Positions 44,874 to 58,500 of a stretch of 64,000 bases of DNA are shown here, one piece after another. Origin of the DNA: Eledone cirrhosa (taxonomy: Eukaryota). The stretch covers positions 372,558,001 through 372,622,000 of the forward strand of contig OZ024740.1 in the NCBI GenBank assembly GCA_964016885.1. The letters are read 5' to 3'. Position numbers and translations under genes: made by a program. Position 1 is the first letter of the stretch. Each line of letters begins with the position of its first letter. The notes beneath the pieces were generated by a model. It was given only the letters and a program-made list of their open reading frames with translations, was not told the DNA's origin and did not search any database.

Positions 44874-45064
44874 GGGCGGTGGATTGGCAGTATCGGTAGA
44901 GGGTCGGACGCCATGCTTTGCAGCAAAGAGTTACGGTCCTTTATGGTCTGAGTTCAAATACCGCCGAGGTTAACTTTGACTTTCATCCTTACAGGGTGGA
45001 TAAAATAGAGTACCAGTAATACACTTGGATACTTGCTGGCCTTGTGCCAAAATTAGAAACAATT
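44874..45064 (+). mobile_element. Full-length tRNA-derived SINE
   Basis: A-box-like TGGCAGTATCGG, B-box GAGTTCAAATACC, conserved body and tail. Confidence 0.85.
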
Positions 45065-45110
45065 GTCTTAAACAACGTACTCCTCTATTTGATGTTTATA
45101 TATATATATA

Positions 45111-45325
45111 TAACCAAGGAATTGTGGTAATGAACCAGATGGACCATAACGCACCAGAGTACTCAATACTTAGGGTAGTAGAGTGGGTAATAGGAAAAGG
45201 TATGACCCCGACGGCAGAGCTCAAGCCGTTTCGACGGCTATTTCTGGACTAAATTAAGTAATTTAGTCCGGAAATAGCAGTCGAAACGGCTTGAGCTCTC
45301 CGGTCGGGGTCATACCTTTTCCTAT
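45111..45325. mobile_element. Palindromic mini-element, copy B
   Basis: Hairpin 45190-45325 with extended apex GGACTAAATTAAGTAATTTAGTCC. Confidence 0.85.
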
Positions 45326-45401
45326 ATATATATATATATATATAAATATATATATAGTGACGAAACATAAGTCAATTGCATGAACTCATAATCCTTTATT
45401 T

Positions 45402-45457
45402 ACTGCTATATATATTTCGATGATAACCATTGAATGGCTATGACCTCATCAGCCAGT
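45402..45457 (-). ncRNA. Minimal type I hammerhead (one stem I mismatch) in the ~165-bp repeat 45361-45525
   Basis: ACTGG CTGATGA ggtcatagccattcaatggttatcatc GAAA tatata TA GCAGT. Confidence 0.7.
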
Positions 45458-45621
45458 TAGTCAGTTCTTAGATATGCCAGCTCTGTGTTTATAGTGTTTA
45501 TGGTATCAGAGCCTTGGGACATATAGTGGGATGGGATGTATCTCTCACTACTACTAATAAAGCCACAAACTGATAGATAGGAGGTGAAGAGGCAGGCAAC
45601 TTGTAGAATTCGTTCCTATCG

Positions 45622-45696
<75 letters not shown>

Positions 45697-46189
45697 GGCG
45701 TGTGTGGGTGTGTGTGTGTGTGAACGTGCGTGCGTGTGTGTGCGTGTGTGGGTACGTGCCTCCGTACTTATATGTATACCGTATGTGTAGGTGTTGCGGC
45801 AGTCCGTATTTTTCTACCATGAATATGACTCAAGGGAATGAGTTTGATACTTCTAATACACAGTCCTGAAACGTTAATTATACTAATTATACTAAATGTA
45901 GCCAGAGTGATTAAGAGTGATTAATTAAAGGAAAAGAGAAAGAGAAAGAGATAGAGAGAAAGAGAGACAGAGAGAAAGGGAAAGGGAGAGAGACAGCGAT
46001 AGAGAAAGACAATGTGAGAGAAAGGGAGAGATAGAGAAAGAGAAAGACAATGAGAGAGAAATGGGGGGGGGGTAGAGAAAGAGAAAGGGAGAGAGATGTG
46101 TGTATGGGAAAACAAGGAGAAGAAATATGTTAGGAAATGAAAGGAAGAGATAGAGGTAGATTTTCATTCAGAGAAAGAAGAAACATTAG

Positions 46190-46548
46190 TATTGGTACAG
46201 AGGATTCCACTGTCAGTTGCCCCAAATTCGACCACCCCCTCGCATAAAGAGTGAGAGCAAGATCGTGCAACAGATTGAGGTTCAAATAAATCGAACTTAT
46301 AAAATATGGATAAGGGGCCAGAGAGTTCGCCAGAGACGGAAATCGATGTTTTCAAGAAACAACTCGTCATTTCGCTGCATATGTTCCCACATGAATCCAC
46401 ATCATAACAATTAATACAACAGAGCACAGTGGTAGAGCAGCGAGGAAAAACTCCCATTTTCTGTAATAACCAACCAAAGTAATATACTAGAGAAAGTACA
46501 GCAACAGTGGGGTTCCCCCGAATATGCCTAGCTGGATAAATAAAAAAG
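46190..46548 (+). pseudogene. Degenerate 3' end of a CR1/Jockey-like LINE
   Basis: IRGP..EIDVFKKQL resembles the C-terminal RGP..FK..LD..PDEP region; ends in an A-rich tail. Confidence 0.4.
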
Positions 46549-46830
46549 CGAGACATACTGTACAAATGGTTGACTGAATACTCACAGCTGTTAATTTAAT
46601 ATTTCAACCTCCCTTTCACAATTATCCACCTAATGTTGTGGTAGAGTTGCTGACAAGTAAACAAGTGGGATGGGATATATCTCTCACTACTACTAATAAA
46701 GCCACAAATTGATAGATAGGAGGTGATGAGGCAGACAACTTGTAGAATTCGTTCCTATCGTTTGACGTAAAAGAAGTAAGCTTCATTCAATCGTTATGTT
46801 TTTCTGTTTTTCTTTTCTCTGCAAATTCTA

Positions 46831-46887
46831 GCTGTCCGATGAGCTCATAGCCGTTGTATAATAGTTATCACCGAAATATATTACAGC
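46831..46887 (+). ncRNA. Minimal type I hammerhead, CCGATGA core variant
   Basis: GCTGT CCGATGA gctcatagcc...gttatcacc GAAA tata TT ACAGC. Confidence 0.65.
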
Positions 46888-46970
46888 AACTCTTGAATAA
46901 ACGAAGTTAATTTTAACCTGTTGACTTACACTTCTTGTTTATACACACACATATATATATATGTATATAT

Positions 46971-47164
46971 AACGAAAGAGGTCTGGTAAGGAACCAGATG
47001 GACCATAACGCACCAGAGCACTCAATACTTAGGGTAGTAGAGTGGGTAATAGGAAAATGTATAACCCCGACGGCAGTGCTCAAGCCGTTTCGACGGCAAT
47101 TCCCGCCCAGAAATAGCCGTCGAAACGGCTTGAGCTCTGCCGTCGGGGTCATACATTTTCCTAT
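46971..47164. mobile_element. Palindromic mini-element, copy C
   Basis: Hairpin 47049-47164 plus an ~80-bp tail; flanked by (TA)n. Confidence 0.85.
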
Positions 47165-47171
47165 ATGTATA

Positions 47172-47293
<122 letters not shown>

Positions 47294-47731
47294 GAAATTG
47301 GAAATAGCACGGAGAATATATTTAAAGATCTGTTTTTCTTTCTATCCCTTTCTTTGATTCGTCAAAGTGACATTATTGAAAAAATTAGAGGGGCAATTCT
47401 TTCGAAAAAGAGTTTTAAACATTCCTCTTATCAAATGTTGAGTATTACAATTACAAAGAATTAATAAGTATTAAAAACTAAAAATTAAAGATTTAAAATT
47501 AAGTGTTGAGGTAAGATATTTTCATTTTTCTAGTTGAGAAGGAGACTGGAAAATAAGCTCTTGTGTATATATAGAGAAAGGTGAGTAGTTATCGTAGTAG
47601 CAGCAGCAGCTACTGCCATGACTACACAAGGATACACATGTCGTTGAGTGCTTAAAAATAGTTATATGGGAGTGTCTTGCATACACAGCCCGGCTGGTCA
47701 ACATCTCATACAAAAGTATATATATATATAT

Positions 47732-49545
47732 AAAATTTCAGGTTATCAATAATGTAGTGATAATATATCGTTACGTTAGAGATGAACAGCGTACGTGCAG
47801 GTTTGCTCAACGAGTATAAATTATATTCCGGAGAAAATGTAGAAAGGATGAATATAAAATGAAAGTGCTTTTTTTAAAAAAGGAATTTATTAGGTATTGA
47901 CATATGTTTCTGTAACAAACGGAATACCTATGTATCGCTGCTTGCGTAATCATATAATGTTAGCAAGTATTCGATAGCAAATGTATAATCAGTTGTCACT
48001 TCTTCAGAGATTTTGGATAAATTGGATAAAATCAGAAAAATTGAAGTATTTATATTAGTAATAGAGGAAGAAACAGAGGGGATAGTATATGACAGTTGGT
48101 AAATTAATTTACTGCTAAACAAGTATATAATGGGTTTCTAATGAGAATACCATGAGTAAATCTAAATAAGAATTTTGGGAGTGCAAATTTTAATTTCTAC
48201 TTGACGAACTGGACAGTGGACAGGACTGGTCATTTGGTGCAGTAGTATTAATTATAAAGTGTCAATTGGGGAAGGGGGAGATTTCGATTGCTACTAAATA
48301 ACATCAATGCTAGTAGCCAGCTGGTATATGCATTAGGGAATTGAATCAAGAAATCAGAAATCTCATTTTATCTATAGCAGTTTGTATTAAAAGGTAAATA
48401 ATAGAAGAGTTGATAGAATTAAGACTAATAAAGAATGTTAATATCTATTTTGACAATCAAACGGGGATAGAGACAGGCGTTCAATCCTGGTAGTATTTAT
48501 AATATGAAAATGTAGATTTTAAGCGATGGTTACAGTATAACGATCGCTCTTATTTGTTATTTAATAAAATGTTTTTGGATTTCATAATACAAAATAATTC
48601 TACATTACATAATTTACAAAATTCCTGTCCATGGGATTATAGGGGGGCAGCCGCTATTATATCCCATTTTAGGTGAAATTGTTGGTTATTTTCACGCAGC
48701 TGCCAAGCCTTGTCTGCGAGTGTTGTTACATAACGCTGGTTTTCATGTTTTATCGAGTAACGATGTCTATAAAGGCGTGATTTGAAGGAGGTGGCTGTAG
48801 ATCCCACATAGTAACACTTCTGTCTGTCCGATTCGATAGTACATTTGTATACGATGTTGCGTTCAAGACACTGATTGTTCAACGGACACATTCCTGGTTG
48901 GACACAGTTGCAATTATAATTTTGCGTTGTTGTATTGCCATGGTTGGGTTGATGAGGTTGCTTATGTAGGACAGGATGTTGTTTGTTGTTTTGTGATGTT
49001 ATAGCTAATGTTTTACGTGTATTGTTATGTGTTGGAAGGCGTTTATACAACCGTTTTGCGTTAAGCTTTTTTATATGTTGTTCAATATTAGGGGCGGTTG
49101 AATATGAAAGTCGAATAGTGTTAGTGTTTAAGATTTTATTATATTTATGTGATGTTGGAAAGTGTGTTTTAACTAATCGTAAGAATTTTGAGGGTAGATT
49201 GGTTTTAATAGAGTTGTTATAGACCGGGTTGGACCAAATATACTCCTTACATCGCCTTCTGTTTGGCGGTGTGCGACTATTATTGTGTCTATTGCGGTAG
49301 TGTATGTATGGTGGTGATTCTGTGCTATTTCTACTCCTATGGGATTTATTTTGGGTGTTTTGGTGATCTTTGACTATATACTCTATATTATCTAGGTGAC
49401 CGGCTTTCCTAAGTGCATCATCATAATATTCGGCATGTTCTTTGAAGGTTTGTTGGTTGGACGACAGGCGGGAGATTCTAAGAGAAACATTTCTAGGGAT
49501 GGATTTAATTATAGAGAGTGGAAGGTTAGAACTCGTATTTACATA
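47732..49545 (-). mobile_element. Penelope-like element, left arm of the inverted pair
   Basis: 47840-49545 is the reverse complement of 49670-51374; GIY-YIG ORF 48637-49050; extends ~110 bp further to (TA)n. Confidence 0.92.
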
Positions 49546-49552
49546 GGATTAA

Positions 49553-51369
49553 ATAGGATTAAATATTACATTTGAATATAACCTCAAAGAAGTCAATTTC
49601 CTTGATGTTACTTTCAATCTCAATACAGATACGATTAAACCGTTCCATAAACTAAATGAGAACCTTAAATATGTAAATACGAGTTCTAACCATCCACTCT
49701 CTATAATTAAATCCATCCCTAGAAATGTTTCTCTTAGAATCTCCCGCCTGTCGTCCAACCAACAAACCTTCAAAGAACATGCCGAATATTATGATGATGC
49801 ACTTAGGAAAGCCGGTCACCTAGATAATATAGAGTATATAGTCAAAGATCACCAAAACACCCAAAATAAATCCCATAGGAGTAGAAATAGCACAGAATCA
49901 CCACCATACATACACTACCGCAATAGACACAATAATAGTCGCACACCACCAAACAGAAGGCGATGTAAGGAGTATATTTGGTACAACCCGGTCTATAACA
50001 ACTCTATTAAAACCAATCTACCCTCAACATTCTTTCGATTAGTTAAAAAACACTTTCCAACATCACATAAATATAATAAAATCTTAAACCCTAACACTAT
50101 TCGACTTTCATATTCAACCGCCCCTAATATTGAACAACATATAAAAAAGCTTAACGCAAAACGGTTGTATAAACGCCTTCCAACACATAACAATACACGT
50201 AAAACATTAGCTATAACATCACAAAACAACAAACAACATCCTGTCCTACATAAGCAACCTCATCAACCCATCCATGGCAATACAACAACGCAAAATTATA
50301 ATTGCAACTGTGTCCAACCAGGAATGTGTCCGTTGAACAATCAGTGTCTTGAACGCAACATCGTATACAAATGTACTATCGAATCGGACAGACAGAAGTG
50401 GTACTATGTGGGATCTACAGCCACCTCCTTCAAATCACGCCTTTATAGACATCGTTACTCGATAAAACATGAAAACCAGCGTTATGTAACAACACTCGCA
50501 GACAAGGCTTGGCAGCTGCGTGAAAATAACCAACAATTTCACCTAAAATGGGATATAATAGCGGCTGCCCCCCTATAATCCCATGACAGGAATTTTGTAA
50601 ATTATGTAATGTAGAATTATTTTGTATTATGAAATCCAAAAACATTTTATTAAATAACAGAATAGAGCGATCGTTATACTGTAACCATCGCTTAAAATCT
50701 ACATTTTCATATTATAAATACTACCAGGATTGAACGCCTGTCTCTATCCCCGTTTGATTGTCAAAATAGATATTAACATTCTTTATTAGTCTTAATTCTA
50801 TCAACTCTTCTATTATTTACCTTTTAATACAAACTGCTATAGATAAAATGAGATTTCTGATTTCTTGATTCAATTCCCTAATGCATATACCAGCTGGCTA
50901 CTAGCATTGATGTTATTTAGTAGCAATCGAAATCTCCCCCTTCCCCAATTGACACTTTATAATTAATACTACTGCACCAAATGACCAGCCCTGTCCACTA
51001 TCCAGTTCGTCAAGTAGAGATTAAAATTGGCACTCCCAAAATTCTTATTTAGATTTACTCATGGTATTCTCATTAGAAACCCATTATATACTTATTTAGC
51101 AGTAAATTAATTTACCAACTGTCATATACTATCCCCTCTGTTTCTTCCTCTATTACTAATATAAATACTTCAATTTTTCTGATTTTATCCAATTTATCCA
51201 AAATCTCTGAAGAAGTGACAACTGATTATACATTTGCTATCGAATACTTGCTAACATTATATGATTACGCAAGCAGCGATACATAGGTATTCCGTCTGTT
51301 ACAGAAACATATGTCAATACCTAATAAATTCCTTTTTTAAAAAAAGCACTTTCATTTTATATTCATCCT

Positions 51370-51374
<5 letters not shown>
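49553..51374 (+). mobile_element. Penelope-like element, right arm, 5'-truncated within the RT
   Basis: Open frame 49553-50578: GLNITFE..VNFLDVTFNL, YVNTSSNHP..IIKSIP, IWYNP, KHFP, CNC..CPL..CL, NIVYKC..YVGST..FKSRLYRH; ends at (TA)n. Confidence 0.93.
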
Positions 51375-51405
<31 letters not shown>

Positions 51406-51446
51406 GACTGGGGGTGTGGGGGTGTGAATGGGTGGGTGGGTGTATA

Positions 51447-51510
<64 letters not shown>

Positions 51511-51515
<5 letters not shown>

Positions 51516-52023
51516 CAGTATACATATGTGGATGTACATTTTTAACTTAATTGTTTAAGCGTCATTCATACAAAAGTGAGTTACAAACGAAACGAAATTT
51601 AATTTCGTTTCGTTATTTGTTTTTATCGTCTCCGTTGAACCGGTACGTACTCACACTCTATGCAAATTAGTCTGCCCACTACTAATTTTCATAGAAAAAG
51701 CATATAACGATATGTGCTTTTACGATTCCCCAGAAAGGCCGGTAGATAGGTAAATATTGCTGATGAGTTGTAACAACAACGAAACTAGTTCAATATTCCT
51801 TGTCTGGCTTTCTGGAGAATAGAGGAAAGGTGTTTCCTCAAAAACCAGTATGACTCTAAAAACCGGTTTGTCTGTGTGTTTACATACAGAATAGCTGGAC
51901 ACTCACGGAAAAGTGACCAGTGAAAAACTTGGTACATCTACATATGTATACGTGTGTGTATTTATATGCATACTAGTATTTCAGTATACATATGTGGATG
52001 TACATTTTTAACTTAATTGTTTA
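51511..52023 (+). mobile_element. Retrozyme-like or pseudo-LTR unit: 466-bp monomer plus 47-bp terminal redundancy
   Basis: Exact direct repeats 51511-51557 and 51977-52023, (TA)n on both flanks, internal hammerhead. Confidence 0.65.
51753..51797 (+). ncRNA. Canonical minimal type I hammerhead ribozyme
   Basis: AATATTG CTGATGA GTTGT aaca ACAAC GAAA CTAG TT CAATATT: 7-bp stem I, 5-bp stem II, palindromic stem III ACTAGT, predicted cut after 51790. Confidence 0.88.
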
Positions 52024-52067
52024 TATATATATACATATATACATATATATATATTTATATATATATA

Positions 52068-52446
52068 TGGTGGCTGCCAACTCGTTTTCGAGTACGGCCA
52101 CTACTTTATATCCATGTAGGAGAACCCCTACCGATGCACTGAACGAGTGTGGCTTTTTAGTCCAGCCAGCGACTTGAAAACTCCGGTACAAACACTACAC
52201 ATGTGACAATTATTGACATATAGTGCTGGGCCCATGGTACCATGTGACGACAAGTGCAACGAGATCTCCAGATATAAAGCAATGCCTGTGCCGTGAAGCT
52301 TTTATAGTGAGCAAAGGCACTGCACAAAGCCAGTCCCACTCTCTTAACCAAGATGATATTTACCAAAAAGAAGAACAAGTCAACATCATTGGATACCAAC
52401 AGGGTTGCAGGTGTTATATCAGAGTTTTCCTTCTCCTAGAATTCTG
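52068..52446 (-). mobile_element. 5'-truncated second copy of the 19913-20501 retroposon
   Basis: Shares the same 3' end, high identity, stops at ..CCTAGAATTCTG. Confidence 0.8.
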
Positions 52447-52549
52447 TATATACACACATACACACACACACACACACATATATATGTATATATATAGAGA
52501 GAGAGAGCCGAAACATAAGTCAATTGCATGAACTCATAATCCTTTATTT

Positions 52550-52605
52550 ACTGCTATATATATTTCGATGATAGCCATTGAATGGCTATGACCTCATCAG
52601 GCAGT
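52550..52605 (-). ncRNA. Canonical minimal type I hammerhead in the ~165-bp repeat 52509-52672
   Basis: ACTGC CTGATGA ggtc ATAGCCAT tca ATGGCTAT catc GAAA tatata TA GCAGT. Confidence 0.82.
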
Positions 52606-52708
52606 TAGTGAGTTCTTAGATATGCCAGCTCTGAGTTTATAGTGTTGATGGTAGCAGAGCCTTGGGACATATCTGAAGTACTGGATTTTACCAACACTTA
52701 CTTTCTTG

Positions 52709-52745
<37 letters not shown>

Positions 52746-52918
52746 CGTGATAGATTATTTTAATGGAATCTACGTCTTTTTATGCATTTCTTCATCAGTC
52801 ATACTATCGTCATTTATAGCAATGCAAAAGTATAACTTTAAAAAATCGCGTTACAATCTTATATGTGTGTGTGTGTGTGTGTGTGTGCATCCTTGTGCGC
52901 ATGCGAGTATATATATAT

Positions 52919-53124
52919 GTTCTTGAGCAAAACACTTCATTCCACGTTGCACCAGTATACTCAGCTGGAAATGAGTACCAGCAATAGTTGGAGGTTTAAC
53001 CCTGCGATGGACTGGCGTCCTGTCCAGGGGGGAGTCTTGTACTCTCAGTCGCTTCATCCATGAAACCGGGATAAGCACCGGCCAAATGAGCCTTCTGGCT
53101 TAAGACAAACGTTAGACTTTAGAC
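52919..53124 (+). mobile_element. 5'-truncated SINE with CORE-like and V-domain-like central motifs
   Basis: CTTGAGCAAAACACTT and CCCTGCGATGGACTGGCGTCCTGTCCAGGG..GAAACCGGGATAAGC. Confidence 0.65.
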
Positions 53125-53163
53125 ATATATATGTATATATGTCTATACACACACATACATATA

Positions 53164-53252
<89 letters not shown>

Positions 53253-53899
53253 ATACGTATATATGTCTCTCTGTGTGTCTGTGTGTACATATATATTTAT
53301 ATAGACCAGTTAGGTGTATGAGGATTAGAGAGAGAGGTGGGGGGTGAATTTGAAGCAGGATATATAGTTTGAAAAGTTGTTGTGAATGGTGAGCAGCAGT
53401 CATTGAATATTAATAAATATAAAAGTATCTTGTAAGAAAAGTTGTCGAATACCGGGGAGATCGAGTGATGCCATAAATGTTTTATACTTTCAAGGATATT
53501 TAGGCTAAGAAAAAGTGCGAGAGATTGACAAGTCAAGTGGAATAAAGGACATATTCAATAATATTTGGAAGGCGAGGTGAAGTAGGAAAACTTTGTTATG
53601 ACCCAATTGTTATCGTTGTCATCTTCCGTGTCCATTTTGCTCCGTATATCAGTGCTATCAGACATGCACATTTAGAATTTACTTTTCATTCCTTTTTCTT
53701 TAAGCTCTTTCAAATTTTGTTATATATTCACGTTTTCTTCAAACCACTTTGAAGCTTTTTTTATGAGTTATGCATTGGTTTCTTTCTTCTACCTTTTATT
53801 TTTTGTACTTATACATTTCATATTTCACAAAGGTTTATCACCTCATTTTACGCTGTCAAACTACTTCTAACATTTTTACTCTTTTACGGCATTAATTTC

Positions 53900-53930
53900 A
53901 TAATTTTACTTTGTCATTTCACTGACTTCT

Positions 53931-54018
<88 letters not shown>

Positions 54019-54037
54019 CCTATATATATATATATAT

Positions 54038-54076
<39 letters not shown>

Positions 54077-54107
54077 AGAAGTCAGTGAAATGACAAAGTA
54101 AAATTAT
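53900..54107. repeat. Palindrome: unique arm-(CT)n-(TA)n-(AG)n-unique arm
   Basis: ATAATTTTACTTTGTCATTTCACTGACTTCTTTTGCA and its exact reverse complement. Confidence 0.93.
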
Positions 54108-54189
54108 ATATATACACACGTTCATAGAGAGAGAGAGAAACATAGACACGTACATTCATATAGACGCACACTTACACGCCCCCACGCAC

Positions 54190-54290
<101 letters not shown>

Positions 54291-54291
54291 A

Positions 54292-54323
<32 letters not shown>

Positions 54324-54690
54324 TTGTGTATGTGTGTGGGTGTATATGCAAATGCATAAGCATATATATAAGAAAGTATATATATGTGCGTGTGTGTATG
54401 CAGATGTATATGCATATATATGATTATATATACACACACACACATATATATATATACACAGGAGCACATGCCATTGCATGATTAAATATAATGTACATTG
54501 TGAGTGCACCTAACACTCACATCGATACTCAAGTCGATGCATAAATATATATATGTATATAAGAATACATAAGCAATATATTATATATATATATGTGTGT
54601 GTGTGTGCGTGTGTGTGTGTGTGCGTGTGTTTGCATGTGTGTGTGTGTGTGTATGTGTGTGTGTGTGCGCACGTGCGTGTATATATATGC

Positions 54691-54752
<62 letters not shown>

Positions 54753-55076
54753 ACATATATACATATATACATATATATATATATATACATGATTGTAATG
54801 TGTATTAGCATATTTTTTGAGGTAGTGGTGTAGCTCAAAGCGTATGCATTTTTATCTGTACAGAGATTGATAGATGACATATATGGAAGTAAATCGTTTT
54901 ATTAAATCATATTTCTATACTTTTATGTGTGTCGGTGCAGCATTATGACAGTAAACTTCTTAATAGAGAAACTACTTTGATTTATGTCATCATTTATATG
55001 AGGATAAAGAAGAAAGAGTATCTTGCACACACAAGCACGCATATGCACACATAACAAAACACACACACACACACAC

Positions 55077-55150
<74 letters not shown>

Positions 55151-55169
55151 AGTTGCACACACACAATTA

Positions 55170-55203
<34 letters not shown>

Positions 55204-55233
55204 TATATAGTTACACATACACACAAATAACAA

Positions 55234-55315
<82 letters not shown>

Positions 55316-55316
55316 G

Positions 55317-55413
<97 letters not shown>

Positions 55414-55414
55414 G

Positions 55415-55461
<47 letters not shown>

Positions 55462-55499
55462 GTGTGTGTGACTCCATATACATATATATATATATATAT

Positions 55500-55545
<46 letters not shown>

Positions 55546-55607
55546 TTCGTTTCTGAATGTCTCTCGGCTGAAAAGGTGGTCATATAACTGTCCATGCATT
55601 AATAAAT

Positions 55608-55654
55608 TGCTCCGAAGGATCCAAACCTCGGTTTGGAGGAAACAGCTGTAAGCA
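55608..55654 (+). ncRNA. Hammerhead-like fold with variant core CCGAAGG
   Basis: TGCT CCGAAGG a TCCAAACC tc GGTTTGGA g GAAA CAGCTG TA AGCA. Confidence 0.55.
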
Positions 55655-55855
55655 CAATAATGTTTTGAACAGTTCTTTGATTCTTATATTTCATATAACT
55701 GCTCTGTAAATCATCTGATGTTTTTACATTGAGCTACTTAACTTACTGGTAATAAGGTAGTAATACATTACTGCCTACCACTATTTAGGGTGTGTGTAAA
55801 ATACTTATAACTGCATAAGGTTTTGTATTTACATAACCATAAATAGTATAACTAA

Positions 55856-55939
<84 letters not shown>

Positions 55940-57823
55940 TATTTATATATACATATGCATATATACACACACACAAAAATATATATGCAAAAATTGGTTA
56001 AAGTCACACCATTTACATATTTCGTACGTGTTTCACCGAGGAAGTTCATCAGTTCGGTATTTTTGTTAACAGTCAGTTACCGCTAGGGGGAAAAATAGAA
56101 AAAAATAATCAATAATATGGTGCTCTATCCCTTGCTTGCTCAGTGTTAAAACCAACGTTACACACACATACCCCCCCCCCCCATATATATATATAGATAG
56201 ATAGATATTATTGTGTATGTGGGTGTGTGAGTTACTTATTGTAGATACATTAAACATCTATTAGTCTACATTTCTTCACCTCCTTCAGTATATTTTATGC
56301 GCTTCATTTTCAATTCTTTATTCTAACTTGGACAGTTATATTTTTTTATAAATATGCTATTTGTGTAAAGCCTTTTGTCAAACAAAAATGAATACCCGCA
56401 TATACTCGCATTTCTACAAATGAATTATTCAAAAAATTAATGAGAGAAAACCTAAATGCACTTGACGTATGTAATTGTTCGCCATATAGCACAGGTGTTA
56501 CTTAATCCGAAAGAACAAAGTCCATATATAATGTAGGTACAGTATTTAGTTCTGCCTATTCTCTGAAAGGTCAATTTATGAAGGCCGAAATATTGAAGTA
56601 GCATTTATTGAATAACAAAATTTATACAATATTTCTTTCATAATGTAGCCAGAGGAAGTTTTTAGAATGAACGTAATTGTCACTGGAAGTGAAAATTTAT
56701 GGAGATTATGTATATAAATTAAGAAATAATGATATTCATAGCCCAATGCAGAAATAGAAAACTATTGAAAGACAAAAAGCATGAAATCAAAACTAATAAC
56801 ATACAACCAATCTTAACAGTAACACCTCTACATATTTACTTTTGAATATTGATAGCTAACGTATTTTAGATGCATGCCTTGTCAAGAAAATAAAACGATT
56901 ATTCACATGTTAATGACCTCATTCTGGAAATATTGACAGTATTAGCAATATCAGCTTAGACAAAATCCCAACTGTAATTTCAATTATATAAATTTTAGTA
57001 AACAAAGTTACACAAAATTAATCCGGTTTCAGATATGTCGACAGCTTTTTAAATTATATTCTGTCACAATGTCTTGGTTTTTAAGGAAATGTGTATGTGT
57101 TTTCTGTCCTTGGTTGTAACTTTTATGATTTATGTTGATTCAAAATCCATTGATACAGAAATATTATTACAAAATAAATAAAAGAATGCACTAAATTAAA
57201 TTTTGTAAAACTCTTAGTTACAACAACAATATTGTTTCTGTTATAATTTACCTTTATAAATATTTATGACAGTATTGCCATTGCTTTTCTCTTCATATTT
57301 ACATCGTAAATAAAATAAGCATTAGGCATATTTCAGTGATAAAATGAATCAGTGTAATCAAGTGATGTTAATGGCAATTATAACCAAAATGGAAATGATT
57401 AGAATAGTACATTTATTAACATTTTGAAAACATGAGAATAAATTGAGCTCTCATAAGGTAATAATTTGTTAGTTATAACTGCAAACCATCCCAAATAAAA
57501 GAACGTCACTTTGCATAATGTTTCTATTGGAAGGTTAATGGCTTAAAAGCCTTCGGTCAGAATATATTTGCGCTAAATAGTAACAATAACATGATAAATT
57601 TCAGTAACTGCAAAAAAAAAAAAAAAAGAAGAAAAACAGAATTATTATAAAGAATGAGATTCGTAGCGCGAGAATGGTAGAGGGTGGACAAGAGAAAAAG
57701 AGAAATAAAAAGAGAAGGAGGGAGAAAGAGTTAAGAAAAAATGTTACCCAACTAAATATTATTCTTGAATTCTAGTGTAATAATATCATGCACGTATAGT
57801 AGCACGCCTACAATCACACAGTA

Positions 57824-58500
57824 TACAGGGTGACCAAACAAAATTGGCCCGAAATTTAGTTTGGTCTACGTTATTCAGTGTTTGACAAAAGCTGGTGACA
57901 CTACGGATATATTTAGTTCAACCCATTAAAAACAACACTAAAGATTCATTATCTTGAAATGTTACATAGAACTGTCAAGGGTTACAGCACCCGTTCCATA
58001 TTATCCCCATGTGCATCCATGCATTTTTGAGGCACAGGAGAAGTATAACCTAACATCTTTATAAACAGACCAGGGTATGGCTTTGTTGTCCTGTCTTATG
58101 TTTCCCTTTAATTCATTGATAGTCCACTATGTGTTGACGATATGCCATATCCTAGAGATAGCCCAAACAAAAAATATAATATTAGAAGGAGTATTCCTGA
58201 AATTAAGATTTGGATATCTTTCTTGGAGTTAAATAAAACAACACTATTAATTGGAAATGTTGAATTTAATTGAAGAAGCCGCAACTTGCAACAAAAGATG
58301 AATCTTACACTTCAAGCATTCTTTCGAATCTTGTTATCGGTTTCACACGTATAAAGAATAAATAGTAAACATACGACAAACTGAAATTAGGGAAATTTAG
58401 GAAATTTATATCGGCTTTGGGTATACAAAAAGAGGAATTTGATTCGAATCACAAACCCAAAGCACCGATGAATTGTCTCTAAGCTTCAGCAATCATGTTT
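57824..58500 (-). pseudogene. Tc1/mariner DNA transposon fossil (transposase C-terminus plus one TIR)
   Basis: TA-CAGGGTG terminus. With frameshifts, the minus strand reads FFVWGYL.DMAY, TINELKGNIR..IP, KCMDAHG..ERVL-stop. Confidence 0.65.

Noticed and set aside
54818-54840. TGAGGTAGT, a let-7-like start
   Set aside because: The match ends after 9 nt and there is no precursor hairpin
56008-56060. Minus-strand CTGATGA..GAAA motif
   Set aside because: Stem I does not pair next to the core
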